From: an uncultured Acidobacteriota bacterium
GTDB taxonomy: Bacteria; Acidobacteriota; Thermoanaerobaculia; Multivoradales; JAHEKO01
Direction of reading: 5' to 3'
NCBI GenBank assembly: GCA_963713825.1
Contig: CAVQNG010000025.1
Coordinates: forward strand, 448,001 to 512,000
Length of the DNA: 64,000 bases
Shown: positions 18,774 to 27,522 of the stretch, piece by piece
Numbering within the stretch: position 1 is the first letter of the stretch
How the letters are laid out: each line of letters opens with the position of its first letter
The notes under the pieces: generated by a model
Told to the model about the DNA's origin: nothing
Seen by the model: only the letters and a program-made list of their open reading frames with translations
Databases searched by the model: none
Program-made: the position numbers and the translations under genes

Positions 18774-20347
18774 GCGGCCACCGTCTTCGTTGGCTTGAAG
18801 AGCGCCCGGAAACGGACCCGGTTCTTCTTGGAGGCGAACTTCGCGAACTCCTGCTGGAAGCGCTGTCGCTCCACCGCCTGCCGTGTCTCCAACCTGTCGA
18901 CCAGACGGCCCAATGCCATCAGGGTCTCCTCCGTGGCCAGGCCTTCCTGGAACATGTCGTGGGCAAAGCGCTGCAAACTGTCCTGTTGGACCTCCAGGTC
19001 GTTGAAGTCTCCCAGGTTGTCCTGCAGGCGCTTGAGCGCTTTGATGAGGGCCCCGATTTCGCGCTCGTCATAGAGGCTGCGGAAGAACTCGAGCAGATAA
19101 CGCAGCTTCTTGCAGTCGATTCGCAACCTGTGGAGCAGCTCTGGTGGGGCGTCGCTGCCGTTGACGCGACCCTGTTTGAGGACTTTGCGATAGGTCTTCC
19201 AGATGCGGGACGAGGCCGCACGCAAGATCGGCTCCTGCGCCAGGGGAGGAGCATCGGTCTCTGGAAGAGTCTCGTCCAGGAACGACTCCCAGTCTTGAAT
19301 CAATCGGGTGAACCGTTCTGAGTCCAGTTGCTCCACCAGCCTCGTATGCTCGAGGCGCTGGTGCCGGTTGAGGTACTCGTGCAGGGGTTCCAGGTGAGGT
19401 CCCAGGTGTTCGGGCAGGCTGTCGCGATACTCGGGCATCTTCAGGAGATAGACGTCGAGGTCACGATTGGTGCCGGTCGCCTGTCCGAGCCATGCGAACT
19501 CGCGCCTGAAGTGCTCGACGATGGGTGGCGGATAGACGTCCTTGATCTGAGTCAGGGCGGCTCGGGTACGACGAACGCCGACGCGGAAATCGTGCAAGAA
19601 CTCGGTGTCGAGGTCCTGTCGGAGGCCCGCCTCGTTGTTCTGGATCGCACTCAGCAGCGTCTTGTGAATCCGTTTCGAGGCTTCATCGCTGCGCATCTCG
19701 GGGGAGAGTCGGACCTCGAATCTCGAGGGGCCGGCGGTCGGATCCTCTCCCAGCAGATCCAGGGCCGTCATGAGCTGATCCGTCGGCGCCAGGGGAAGTT
19801 GTTGCTCGCGCTCCAGGTAAGCCAGGAGAGCCTTGAACTCCTTGGCGTACCCTCGTACCGGCTCTGCCGTCAGGACAGCGGGAAGCTCCAACGGCAGAGC
19901 TGTCGATTCCGGGCTGTTGACCGAGCCTTGGCTGAAATGAAGTCGCGCCACGGTCTTCTGGTTGCCGTCGAGGACGTGTAGCGTTTCTCCTCGGCTCGCA
20001 ATTTCCAAACGTGGCAACAAGCGCCGCATCTCCACCACAGATTCGAGCTCTGTCCTGAAGGGGCCTGGAGGGAGATCCCAAGCAAAACTGGGGCTGCTGT
20101 CGAGGCGGAGCCGAAAACGGGCTGGACCGTCCAAGGCGCTCCAGCGCAAGATCGTGGCTCGTGCATCCTTGGTGGAGAGGAGGCTTCCCCCATCTTTGAA
20201 GAGGCGCCAGTCAAAAGTGTCCAAGTAGGTGCCGCGAGTGTCTCGGTGAGTCTCGAGCCTTCCAGGGAACTGCTCTGCCGACGATTGGAGAACCGCCCGA
20301 CCTTGGCTCGGAGACTCGACTTGAAAGCTGATCGGGATCGGGTTCAT
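18770..20347 (-). CDS. CHAD-domain polyphosphate-binding protein with degenerate CYTH-like N-terminus
   Basis: YLDTFDWRL in the N-terminus. LHDFRVGVRRTR, RDLDV, LHRLRIDCKKLRYLLE and LQDNLGDFND in the CHAD domain. Confidence 0.92.
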   Translation of the reverse strand: MNPIPISFQVESPSQGRAVLQSSAEQFPGRLETHRDTRGTYLDTFDWRLFKDGGSLLSTKDARATILRWSALDGPARFRLRLDSSPSFAWDLPPGPFRTELESVVEMRRLLPRLEIASRGETLHVLDGNQKTVARLHFSQGSVNSPESTALPLELPAVLTAEPVRGYAKEFKALLAYLEREQQLPLAPTDQLMTALDLLGEDPTAGPSRFEVRLSPEMRSDEASKRIHKTLLSAIQNNEAGLRQDLDTEFLHDFRVGVRRTRAALTQIKDVYPPPIVEHFRREFAWLGQATGTNRDLDVYLLKMPEYRDSLPEHLGPHLEPLHEYLNRHQRLEHTRLVEQLDSERFTRLIQDWESFLDETLPETDAPPLAQEPILRAASSRIWKTYRKVLKQGRVNGSDAPPELLHRLRIDCKKLRYLLEFFRSLYDEREIGALIKALKRLQDNLGDFNDLEVQQDSLQRFAHDMFQEGLATEETLMALGRLVDRLETRQAVERQRFQQEFAKFASKKNRVRFRALFKPTKTVAA

Positions 20348-20363
20348 GACTCGGTACCGAAGG

Positions 20364-20741
20364 TCACTTGTGCTTCTTGCCTTTCCTCTTCTTCTTGCCT
20401 TTCCTCTTCTTCTTGTTCGTTCCCTTGCTTTTTCTCTGGTCCTTCTTCTTCTTGCCGTCAGACTTCTTATTACTCTTCTTGCCGCCCTTTTTCTTTTTCG
20501 CCTTCTTGTCCTTCTTTTTCGACTTGCTGGTCGATTCAGTGACCTCGGGCGAAGGCTGCCGCGATCGAAGGATGGCTTGGCCGATCGCCGCCGCTCTCGC
20601 CGTACCGAAACCAGGGAGGGAGGCCAGCTCTTGGGGTGAGAGTGCGGCCAACGCTTCCACGGTCTCGATACCGTTGCCGGCCAGAACCTGGGCGGTGTGC
20701 GGACCGATTCCGGGTATGTCGGTGACTTTGGCTTGACCCAT
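20364..20741 (-). CDS. Small double helix-hairpin-helix protein with a very Lys-rich C-terminal tail
   Basis: IPGIGPHTA and LPGFGTARA HhH motifs. About 30 Lys in the last ~55 aa. GGAGG RBS. Confidence 0.85.
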   Translation of the reverse strand: MGQAKVTDIPGIGPHTAQVLAGNGIETVEALAALSPQELASLPGFGTARAAAIGQAILRSRQPSPEVTESTSKSKKKDKKAKKKKGGKKSNKKSDGKKKKDQRKSKGTNKKKRKGKKKRKGKKHK

Positions 20742-20892
20742 AGCTCTTCCTCCAGTCCCTCCCCTGTTCGACAGAGGAGTTTACAACGGCAGATTCAAAG
20801 GGGGCGAAGAATGCCCTCGTTGCCTCTAGCCTAGTAGCCCAAGGTTCCGGCTGCAGCGAGATTTCTCTCACGGCCGAGGCGCGAGCCTCAGT

Positions 20893-21678
20893 CTAGCCGT
20901 ACCGGCCTTCGATGTAGTCGGCTGTCTCCTGATGCGCCGGCGTCACGAAGAGCTCTTCCGTGGGCGTGTGCTCGATCACCTTGCCCAACAGCATGAAAAT
21001 GCACTCCTCGCTTGCTCGACGAGCCTGGGCCATGTTGTGCGTGACGATGAGGATGGTGTATTCGCCACGCAGCTCCCAGATGAGCTCTTCCACTGCCTCC
21101 GTCCCCGTCGGGTCGAGAGCCGAGCAGGGCTCGTCCATCAGCAGTACGGCTGGTTTGACGGGCAGGAGTCTTGCGATGCAGAGCTTCTGCTGCTCTTCGA
21201 GAGAAAGCTCGATGGCGGGTCGATCCAACCGGTCCTTGACCGTTTCCCAGAGCAGGACCTCCCGGAGCGCCTTCTCGACGATCTCGTCCCGTTCACTAGT
21301 CGAGATCTTCTGGCTTCCCTTGGCGAGACGGTAGCCGAAGATCACGTTCTGCCGGATCGATAGGGGCAGAGGGTTCGGCCTCTGGAACACCATGCCGATG
21401 TGTTGGCGGACCTGACCGAGATCTACCTCGGGTCCGTAGATGTCGTGGCCGAGGACCAGGATGCTGCCCGTCGTCCTCACATACCCCAGGCGTTCGTTGA
21501 TTCGGTTGACGCTGCGCAAGAAAGTCGTCTTGCCACAGCCCGAGGGTCCGATCATCGAAGTGATGATGCCTTGCTTGATCTCGAGATCGATGTCGTACAG
21601 CGCCTGGAAGGTGCCGTACCAGAGGTTCAGCTTCTCGGTCTCGATGGCGAGTGCCTCTGTGGGCGGCCCGTTATCCAA
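20893..21678 (-). CDS. pstB: Phosphate ABC transporter ATPase PstB, degenerate signature motif
   Basis: [30 protein letters not shown] and YIEGRYG. The signature reads LSLEEQQ. TTG start at 21678. Confidence 0.9.
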   Translation of the reverse strand: MDNGPPTEALAIETEKLNLWYGTFQALYDIDLEIKQGIITSMIGPSGCGKTTFLRSVNRINERLGYVRTTGSILVLGHDIYGPEVDLGQVRQHIGMVFQRPNPLPLSIRQNVIFGYRLAKGSQKISTSERDEIVEKALREVLLWETVKDRLDRPAIELSLEEQQKLCIARLLPVKPAVLLMDEPCSALDPTGTEAVEELIWELRGEYTILIVTHNMAQARRASEECIFMLLGKVIEHTPTEELFVTPAHQETADYIEGRYG

Positions 21679-22459
21679 AACGGCCCTCCACATAGGCCTG
21701 AGTGCGTTCGTCGCTCGCCTTGCGGGTGAATAGATCTTCGGTGTCGGCCACTTCGACCAGCTCACCCATGAGAAAGAACGCCGTTCGATCAGCCAACCGG
21801 CGCGCCTGCTGCACCAGGTTGGTGACCAGGACGATGGTTACCTCCTCTTTGAGGACCTTGAGGACGTCTTCGATGCGCATGGTCGTAACCGGGTCGATGG
21901 CGATGGAGAACTCATCCAGCAGCAGCAGGTCCGGATCCTGGGACAGCGCTCGAGCGATGGTCAAGCGCTGCTGTTGGCCGCCCGAAAGCAGGCTGCCGAG
22001 GGAGTTGAGCCGGTCCTTGACCTCGTCCCAGAGAGCCGCTCGCTGGAGGCACCGCTCGACGATCTCGTCGAGCACGGCTTTCTTCTTGACTCCGCTCAGG
22101 CGTGGCGCCAGGGAGACGTTGTCGTAGATGGTCATCGGGAGGCCGACGGGAAGAGGGAAAACGACACCGATGTGACGGCGCAAGGCGTAGACATTGCGCC
22201 ACTTGTCGACGTCACGGCCATCGAAGCGTATGGTCCCATCGACTCTCATTCCGGGCGTGAAGAGATCCATCCGATTCAGGGCTCGCAAGAAGGAGGTCTT
22301 GCCGCTGTTGGCCGGTCCGATGATGCCGAAGATCTCGTTCTCTCGGATATCCAGGCTCACGTCCTCAAGGGCGATCTTCTGCCCGTAGCGGATGGTCAGA
22401 TTCCTGACTTCCACTTTGGGCCTAGCGTCACCCGGCTGGGAGGCGGTCTGTCCTACCAC
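21671..22459 (-). CDS. pstB: Phosphate ABC transporter ATPase PstB, degenerate Walker A, Q-loop and H-loop
   Basis: [37 protein letters not shown] and YVEGRFG. Confidence 0.9.
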   Translation of the reverse strand: MVGQTASQPGDARPKVEVRNLTIRYGQKIALEDVSLDIRENEIFGIIGPANSGKTSFLRALNRMDLFTPGMRVDGTIRFDGRDVDKWRNVYALRRHIGVVFPLPVGLPMTIYDNVSLAPRLSGVKKKAVLDEIVERCLQRAALWDEVKDRLNSLGSLLSGGQQQRLTIARALSQDPDLLLLDEFSIAIDPVTTMRIEDVLKVLKEEVTIVLVTNLVQQARRLADRTAFFLMGELVEVADTEDLFTRKASDERTQAYVEGRFG

Positions 22460-23322
22460 TTCTTCTTACCTCGGAGATACATGCGAAAGCCGATCGACAC
22501 GGCGTTCATGGCGAGGACCATGCCGATGAGCACGAGGGCGACACCGAAAGGCATCGCCTCCGGGACGCCCGGAACCTGCGTCGAGATCACGAACAGGTGA
22601 AGCGACATGGCCATGGTCTGATCGAACACGCTCTGCGGCAGGAATGGAAGGAAGAACGCCGCACCGGTGAACATGATGGGCGCTGTCTCGCCTGCGGTCC
22701 TCGAGACTTCGAGGATGACGCCGGTGAGGATACCGCTGATCGAATTGGGCAGCACGACGTGGCGAATGGTCTGCCATCGGCTGGCGCCCATGTTCCAGCA
22801 GGCTTCCCGGAAGGCATGCGGTACCGCCTGTAGCGATTCACGCGTCGCCACGATGACGACGGGCAGGGTCATGATGGCCAGGGTCAGGCTGGCGGCGAGG
22901 ATGCTCGTGCCGAAACGGAAGAACAGGACGAAGGCACCAACCCCGAAGAGCGCGTGAACAATGGAGGGAACCCCCGCCAGGTTGATGATCGCCAGGTTGA
23001 TCATCCGGGTCAGCCAGTTGTCCGGAGCGTACTCGCTGAGATAGAGGGCCGCGGCGACCCCGACGGGAACCGACGCCAGCAGTGCTACCGCAACCAGCCA
23101 GATGGTTCCCACGAGAGCTGGAAAGATCCCTCCCGCCGTCATCCCGTCCTTGGGCTCGGTGAAGAGAAAGTCGACGGAGATGATGGGTCCACCTTTGTAG
23201 ACCAGCACGCCAAGGATCACCAGGACCGGCAGGATGAGCAAGACCGTCATCAGGAGGAACAGCAGGCCCCACAGGCGCTCCACCTTGTGATTGCGGATGT
23301 TGAGCTCGGTGGCCTCGAACAC
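22453..23322 (-). CDS. pstA: Phosphate ABC transporter permease PstA
   Basis: GGIFPALVGT, YLSEY, NLAGVPSIV and RTAGETAP motifs. Confidence 0.93.
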   Translation of the reverse strand: MFEATELNIRNHKVERLWGLLFLLMTVLLILPVLVILGVLVYKGGPIISVDFLFTEPKDGMTAGGIFPALVGTIWLVAVALLASVPVGVAAALYLSEYAPDNWLTRMINLAIINLAGVPSIVHALFGVGAFVLFFRFGTSILAASLTLAIMTLPVVIVATRESLQAVPHAFREACWNMGASRWQTIRHVVLPNSISGILTGVILEVSRTAGETAPIMFTGAAFFLPFLPQSVFDQTMAMSLHLFVISTQVPGVPEAMPFGVALVLIGMVLAMNAVSIGFRMYLRGKKKW

Positions 23323-23333
23323 GACGTCAAGCC

Positions 23334-24248
23334 CTATTTCTTGCGGATCCCGCGGACAACCAGATCGGCTGTCAGATTGATGATGAAGGTGATGAGAAAC
23401 AGGAAGATTCCCAGCGTGAAGAGGGCTCGGTAGTGGTCCGATCCCACGGCCGTCTCACCGAGCTCGGCTGCGATGGTGGCGGTCAGCGCCCTGACCGAGT
23501 CGAAGATACTGGTGGGTAGATTGATCGAGTGGCCGCTGGCCATCAGGACTGCCATCGTTTCGCCGAAGCCCCTACCCACGCCCAGCAGCACCGCGGCGAC
23601 GAGACCATTCTTGGCGGCTGGAATCACTACCCTGAGGATGACCTGCCAGCGTGTCGCACCCATGGCCTCTGCGGCTTCCCGATAGGTGTCGGGTACGGCC
23701 TTGAGCGAGTCCTCGGCAATCGTGGTCATGATCGGGGCAGCCATCAGTCCGAGAATGAACCCGGCATTGAGCACGTTCAAGCCCACCGGCACGTTGAAGA
23801 GCTTGATGATCAGGGGATTCATGATGCTCAGTCCGATGAAACCCCAGACCACGGACGGGATGGCGGCCAGCAGCTCCACCAGCACCTTGAGGACTTCTCT
23901 GGTCTTGCCGGTGGCGAACTCTCCGATGTAGATCGCCGCGCCAAGAGAAAAGGGTACCGCCACCAACATCGCCAGTCCGGTAACGCTGGCTGTGCCCGCA
24001 ATCAGCGCTAGCGCACCGTAGGTCGGATTGTGCTCAGAGGTGGGTCGCCAGCGTGGCGAAGTGAAGAATTCGGCAATATCGAATCGGCCGAGGAGAAAGG
24101 GAAGGCCCTCCTTCGTGATAAAGACGAAGATGCCGATGATGAAGATGATGGCCGACACTCCGCCGACGAAGACAAGAACCTGCACTGCCTTGTCGATGTA
24201 CCAAGCAAGGTCACGACGGTCGAGGTCGGCACCAGGAGGATGGCTCAG
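23334..24248 (-). CDS. pstC: Phosphate ABC transporter permease PstC
   Basis: ELLAAIPSVVWG, GRGFGETMAV and LTATIAAELGE motifs. The frame is open up to a CTG at 24248 overlapping the phoU stop (CTGA), with GGAGG 7 nt upstream. The alternative start is GTG 24185. Confidence 0.92.
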   Translation of the reverse strand: MSHPPGADLDRRDLAWYIDKAVQVLVFVGGVSAIIFIIGIFVFITKEGLPFLLGRFDIAEFFTSPRWRPTSEHNPTYGALALIAGTASVTGLAMLVAVPFSLGAAIYIGEFATGKTREVLKVLVELLAAIPSVVWGFIGLSIMNPLIIKLFNVPVGLNVLNAGFILGLMAAPIMTTIAEDSLKAVPDTYREAAEAMGATRWQVILRVVIPAAKNGLVAAVLLGVGRGFGETMAVLMASGHSINLPTSIFDSVRALTATIAAELGETAVGSDHYRALFTLGIFLFLITFIINLTADLVVRGIRKK

Positions 24249-25336
24249 GTCGCGCCCTCCCCGCGAAGCGTCTCCATGAGCTCACGAATCGAGTGCTTGA
24301 GATTCTGGAATGCCTCTTCCATCAGCGCCGCGGATCGTTCGGCGTCGAGATCGCTGGGAATGGGATCGATATCCCACTCGAGAAGTACTGTGCGAAACGG
24401 GGTCTCTTCAATTCGGGAGCCGGAGCCTTTGCCTACAGCGACGATGACGTGAAAATCGGCCAACTGGTCCACGGTGTGGTCCAGTCTCTTCGGAGAGAGT
24501 GAGTCTCCATCCAGGCCCCGGGCGTCCATGAACACCTCGGTGGCGGGCAGCAGACGATCTGCCGGGGCCCAGCCGGCGCTCTGATAGACACCGCCGTCGG
24601 GAAAAGCCTTGCGAGCGAATGCTTCTGCCAGCTGGCTCAAGGCATCATTACGTTCGTCGAAGAAGAGGATCCGGTATACCTTCTCACTCTTGGTCTCGCC
24701 GGCAACAGCGAAGAGGGTGTCCTCACAGATGTTCTTGGACTGATCGGCCACTCGGCCGATGCGGTTGAAGATCACCAGCGTAGCGAAGAGATCCCGGATG
24801 GGTCTGGCGCCCGCTTCACCTTCCTGGAGCAGATCTCGGAAGACCTTCTGGTAGGTGCTCTCGATCTGGCTCGCCATTCCCTTGGTGCCTCTGGCAAGCT
24901 CTGGGTTCTGCGTGTTGAACGACTCCATGGCCTGGCGAAACATGCGCTGAGCCTGGTCGGCGATCAACTGGACGTCGCTGGCAACCGAGCCACTGGGGAC
25001 CGTTGACAACTGAATCGCTTCCCGGGCTATGGCTACCGCGTAGTCTCCGATTCTCTCGAGCTCGACGTCCAAACGCAGCACTGAAGAGACGAACCGTAGG
25101 TGCCCCGCACTCGGCAGGTGGCGGGCTATGAAGCCATAGCAGAGCTTGTCGATCGTCCGAATTTCTCGATTGATGGGCTTGTCGCCCATGACAACCTGAT
25201 TCGCCAGAGCTCGATCGAGCTTCAGGGCCGATCGCACGGCTCTCTCGAGGGCCGTTTCGACCTGTTCGCCAACCTCTTCGATGCGCTCGCGAATCGCAGC
25301 GAGGTCCTCTTCCAGACGTTTCTCGTAGTGGGTCAT
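24245..25336 (-). CDS. phoU: PhoU fused to a catalytically degenerate LMW-PTP/ArsC-like domain
   Basis: PhoU repeats (LERIGDYA, RVADQSKNICE), then ILFFDERNDALSQLAEAFA...SAG...FHVIVAV...WDIDP. Confidence 0.85.
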   Translation of the reverse strand: MTHYEKRLEEDLAAIRERIEEVGEQVETALERAVRSALKLDRALANQVVMGDKPINREIRTIDKLCYGFIARHLPSAGHLRFVSSVLRLDVELERIGDYAVAIAREAIQLSTVPSGSVASDVQLIADQAQRMFRQAMESFNTQNPELARGTKGMASQIESTYQKVFRDLLQEGEAGARPIRDLFATLVIFNRIGRVADQSKNICEDTLFAVAGETKSEKVYRILFFDERNDALSQLAEAFARKAFPDGGVYQSAGWAPADRLLPATEVFMDARGLDGDSLSPKRLDHTVDQLADFHVIVAVGKGSGSRIEETPFRTVLLEWDIDPIPSDLDAERSAALMEEAFQNLKHSIRELMETLRGEGAT

Positions 25337-25366
25337 GGCCTTGCGACCCCTTTCTTCTCAGCGACC

Positions 25367-26251
25367 TCAGCCGCAGGTGACAGTCCGAACTGGAGCGTAT
25401 CCCTTTTCCTGAATGATGCACTGGCCCTCGTCACTCAGGATCCAGTCGAGGTATTCCTTGATGGCTCCCTCGGGTTGCCCCGAGGTGTACATGAAGAGCG
25501 GGCGGGCGATGGGATACGTGCGATCGATGGCGGTCGCGACAGAGGGTGCGATGCAATCACTGCCCTCCTCCGCAGCGACACAGGGCATCTTCACCTCGTG
25601 GGTCGCATAGGCCAGGCCACTGTAGCCGATTGCGCAAGGTGTGTTCAGGACCAGATCTACGACGTCCTTGGACCCGTGCATGTCTCGAGAGCCCATCTTG
25701 TAGTCGCGCCCCCTGCCGAGCACGGCTTCCTTGAAGTACACGTAAGTCCCGGAGTTGTTCTGACGACTGACGCGGACGATCTCGTTGCTGTCGCATCCGG
25801 GAATCTCGACCCCGATCTGATCCCAGGACTCGACGGGTCCTTCCTCACCGTAGATGTCGGCCAGCTGGGCCAGCGTGAAGCTCTCGACCGGATTGTCGGT
25901 GTGCAGGAAGACGGCCAGGGCGTCATAGCCAACCGTCCACTCCACTGGCTCGATACCGTTGGCCCGAGCCATCTCGAACTCCTTGTCCTTCATCTTCCGG
26001 CTGGCATTGGCAATGTCCACCGTGCCGTTGATCATGGACGAGATCCCGGTTCCGGAACCGCCGCCCGTCACCGCGACCGCCACGTTCGGGTTGACCTCCT
26101 TGTACTCCTCGGCCCAGGCCTGGGCCACGTTGACGAGGGTGTCGGAGCCCTTGTTCTGGATCACGCCTCGTCCGCCTCTGCTTCCATCCTGGCTCCTGGG
26201 GCCGCATGCGGCCAGTGCTAGCAAGACGACCAAAGTCCAGTACTTGTTCAT
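25367..26251 (-). CDS. pstS: Phosphate-binding lipoprotein PstS
   Basis: Lipobox LAAC. KGSDT, GGGSGTG, NASR, SRQNNSGT and YPIARPLF motifs. AGGAG RBS. Confidence 0.93.
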   Translation of the reverse strand: MNKYWTLVVLLALAACGPRSQDGSRGGRGVIQNKGSDTLVNVAQAWAEEYKEVNPNVAVAVTGGGSGTGISSMINGTVDIANASRKMKDKEFEMARANGIEPVEWTVGYDALAVFLHTDNPVESFTLAQLADIYGEEGPVESWDQIGVEIPGCDSNEIVRVSRQNNSGTYVYFKEAVLGRGRDYKMGSRDMHGSKDVVDLVLNTPCAIGYSGLAYATHEVKMPCVAAEEGSDCIAPSVATAIDRTYPIARPLFMYTSGQPEGAIKEYLDWILSDEGQCIIQEKGYAPVRTVTCG

Positions 26252-26363
26252 GATCAGCTCTCCTTGATTGTGTCTCGATATGGGTGTGGAACTCTCGATG
26301 GGTTTGAATCGGTTCGAGACACCGGCCGCAGTTCTGGTCTCGACCGAAGCCGGGTCCATCGGA

Positions 26364-26397
26364 ACTCTAGACGAAGCCTGTGACATTCGTGTGACAG
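26364..26397 (-). promoter_or_regulatory. Pho box plus -10 element upstream of the pstS-phoU-pstCABB operon
   Basis: CTGTCAC-ACGA-ATGTCAC (11-bp period), followed 10 nt later by TAGAGT. Confidence 0.8.
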
Positions 26398-26445
26398 GTT
26401 TCCATATCGAAATTCAGCTTCGCCTTCACCTCCAGTCAGAGTTGG

Positions 26446-27357
26446 TCAGTTGTCACACTCGAGTCGTCGGGAGGTGGCGTAGCCTACCTCTTCGAGGATG
26501 CATTGACCCGCGTCGCTCAAGACCCAGTCCAAGTAGGTCGCCACCGCTCCGGTCGGTCGGCCCTTGGTCACCATCATGAGAGGACGGGACAACGGGTAGG
26601 TGCCGTCTTCGGCGCTCTCCATCGAAGGGGTCACGCACGACCCGGCCTCTTCGATGGCAAAACAAGGCATTCTGACTTCGGTCGGTGGAACATAGGCCAG
26701 GGCGGTGTAGCCGAGTGCGCATGGAGTCTTGGCGACTGCTTCAACCACCTCACGTGACCCTTGCAGGTCGCGCGAGCCGAGCTTGTATTCCCGTGCAGGG
26801 CCGAGAATCTCTGTGCGGAGGAACTCGTAGGTTCCGGAGCTACTCTGGCGGCTGATGCGGACAATCTCATCGCTGGGGCAGCCGGGCACCGTCACTCCGA
26901 GTTGACTCCAAGTGTCGATGGGCCCTTCCTCGCCGAGGATCTCGGCTAACCGTTGGGCCGTCAGCGAGTCGACAGGGTTGTCCGGGTGAACGATGAACGC
27001 GGGTGCGTCGAACCCGACAATCGTCTCGACCGGAGTGAATCCAGAGGTCTCCGCCGCGTCGAACTCGCTTGGCTTGAGACGCCGCGTCGCGTTGGCAATG
27101 TCGACGGTTCCGTTGGTCAGTCCCGCAATCCCGTGTCCAGAACCGCCTCCAGATACGGAGACGCCCGGATGCGATTCCGCTGCAGAAAACCGCTCTGCCC
27201 ACACCAGAGCAACGATCACCATCGAGTCCGAGCCGGCGTTCCGGATCGTCGCCCGCTGGTCCAGAGGATTCACCGGTTGCCGACTGCACCCAGCGAGCGA
27301 ACCGAGTAGCAGTCCCTGACACAAGACCAGCGATGCGAAGCAGCGAGCCTTCCCCAT
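26446..27357 (-). CDS. pstS: Second, divergent PstS-family binding lipoprotein
   Basis: Lipobox LAGC. AGSDS, GGGSGHG, NATR, SRQSSSGT and YPLSRPL motifs. Clear paralog of the adjacent PstS. Confidence 0.85.
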   Translation of the reverse strand: MGKARCFASLVLCQGLLLGSLAGCSRQPVNPLDQRATIRNAGSDSMVIVALVWAERFSAAESHPGVSVSGGGSGHGIAGLTNGTVDIANATRRLKPSEFDAAETSGFTPVETIVGFDAPAFIVHPDNPVDSLTAQRLAEILGEEGPIDTWSQLGVTVPGCPSDEIVRISRQSSSGTYEFLRTEILGPAREYKLGSRDLQGSREVVEAVAKTPCALGYTALAYVPPTEVRMPCFAIEEAGSCVTPSMESAEDGTYPLSRPLMMVTKGRPTGAVATYLDWVLSDAGQCILEEVGYATSRRLECDN

Positions 27358-27522
27358 GTATCCCTCCAGTGATCACCCGGTCCTCCCGTCGCGGATCAGG
27401 CGTCGTTGGTACTAGAATCCGACTGCACCAGAGCCTTCGACCGGGCATCCTGGGTCTCGAGGAATTCATGTTACTGCCGATGACGCCAATCTGCCACCCG
27501 TTGGGTCCAGGAGGCTTGCACA

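Noticed and set aside
20368-20736. Phe/Leu-rich plus-strand ORFs that look like membrane proteins
   Set aside because: They are the antisense reading of the poly-AAG Lys tail of the HhH gene.
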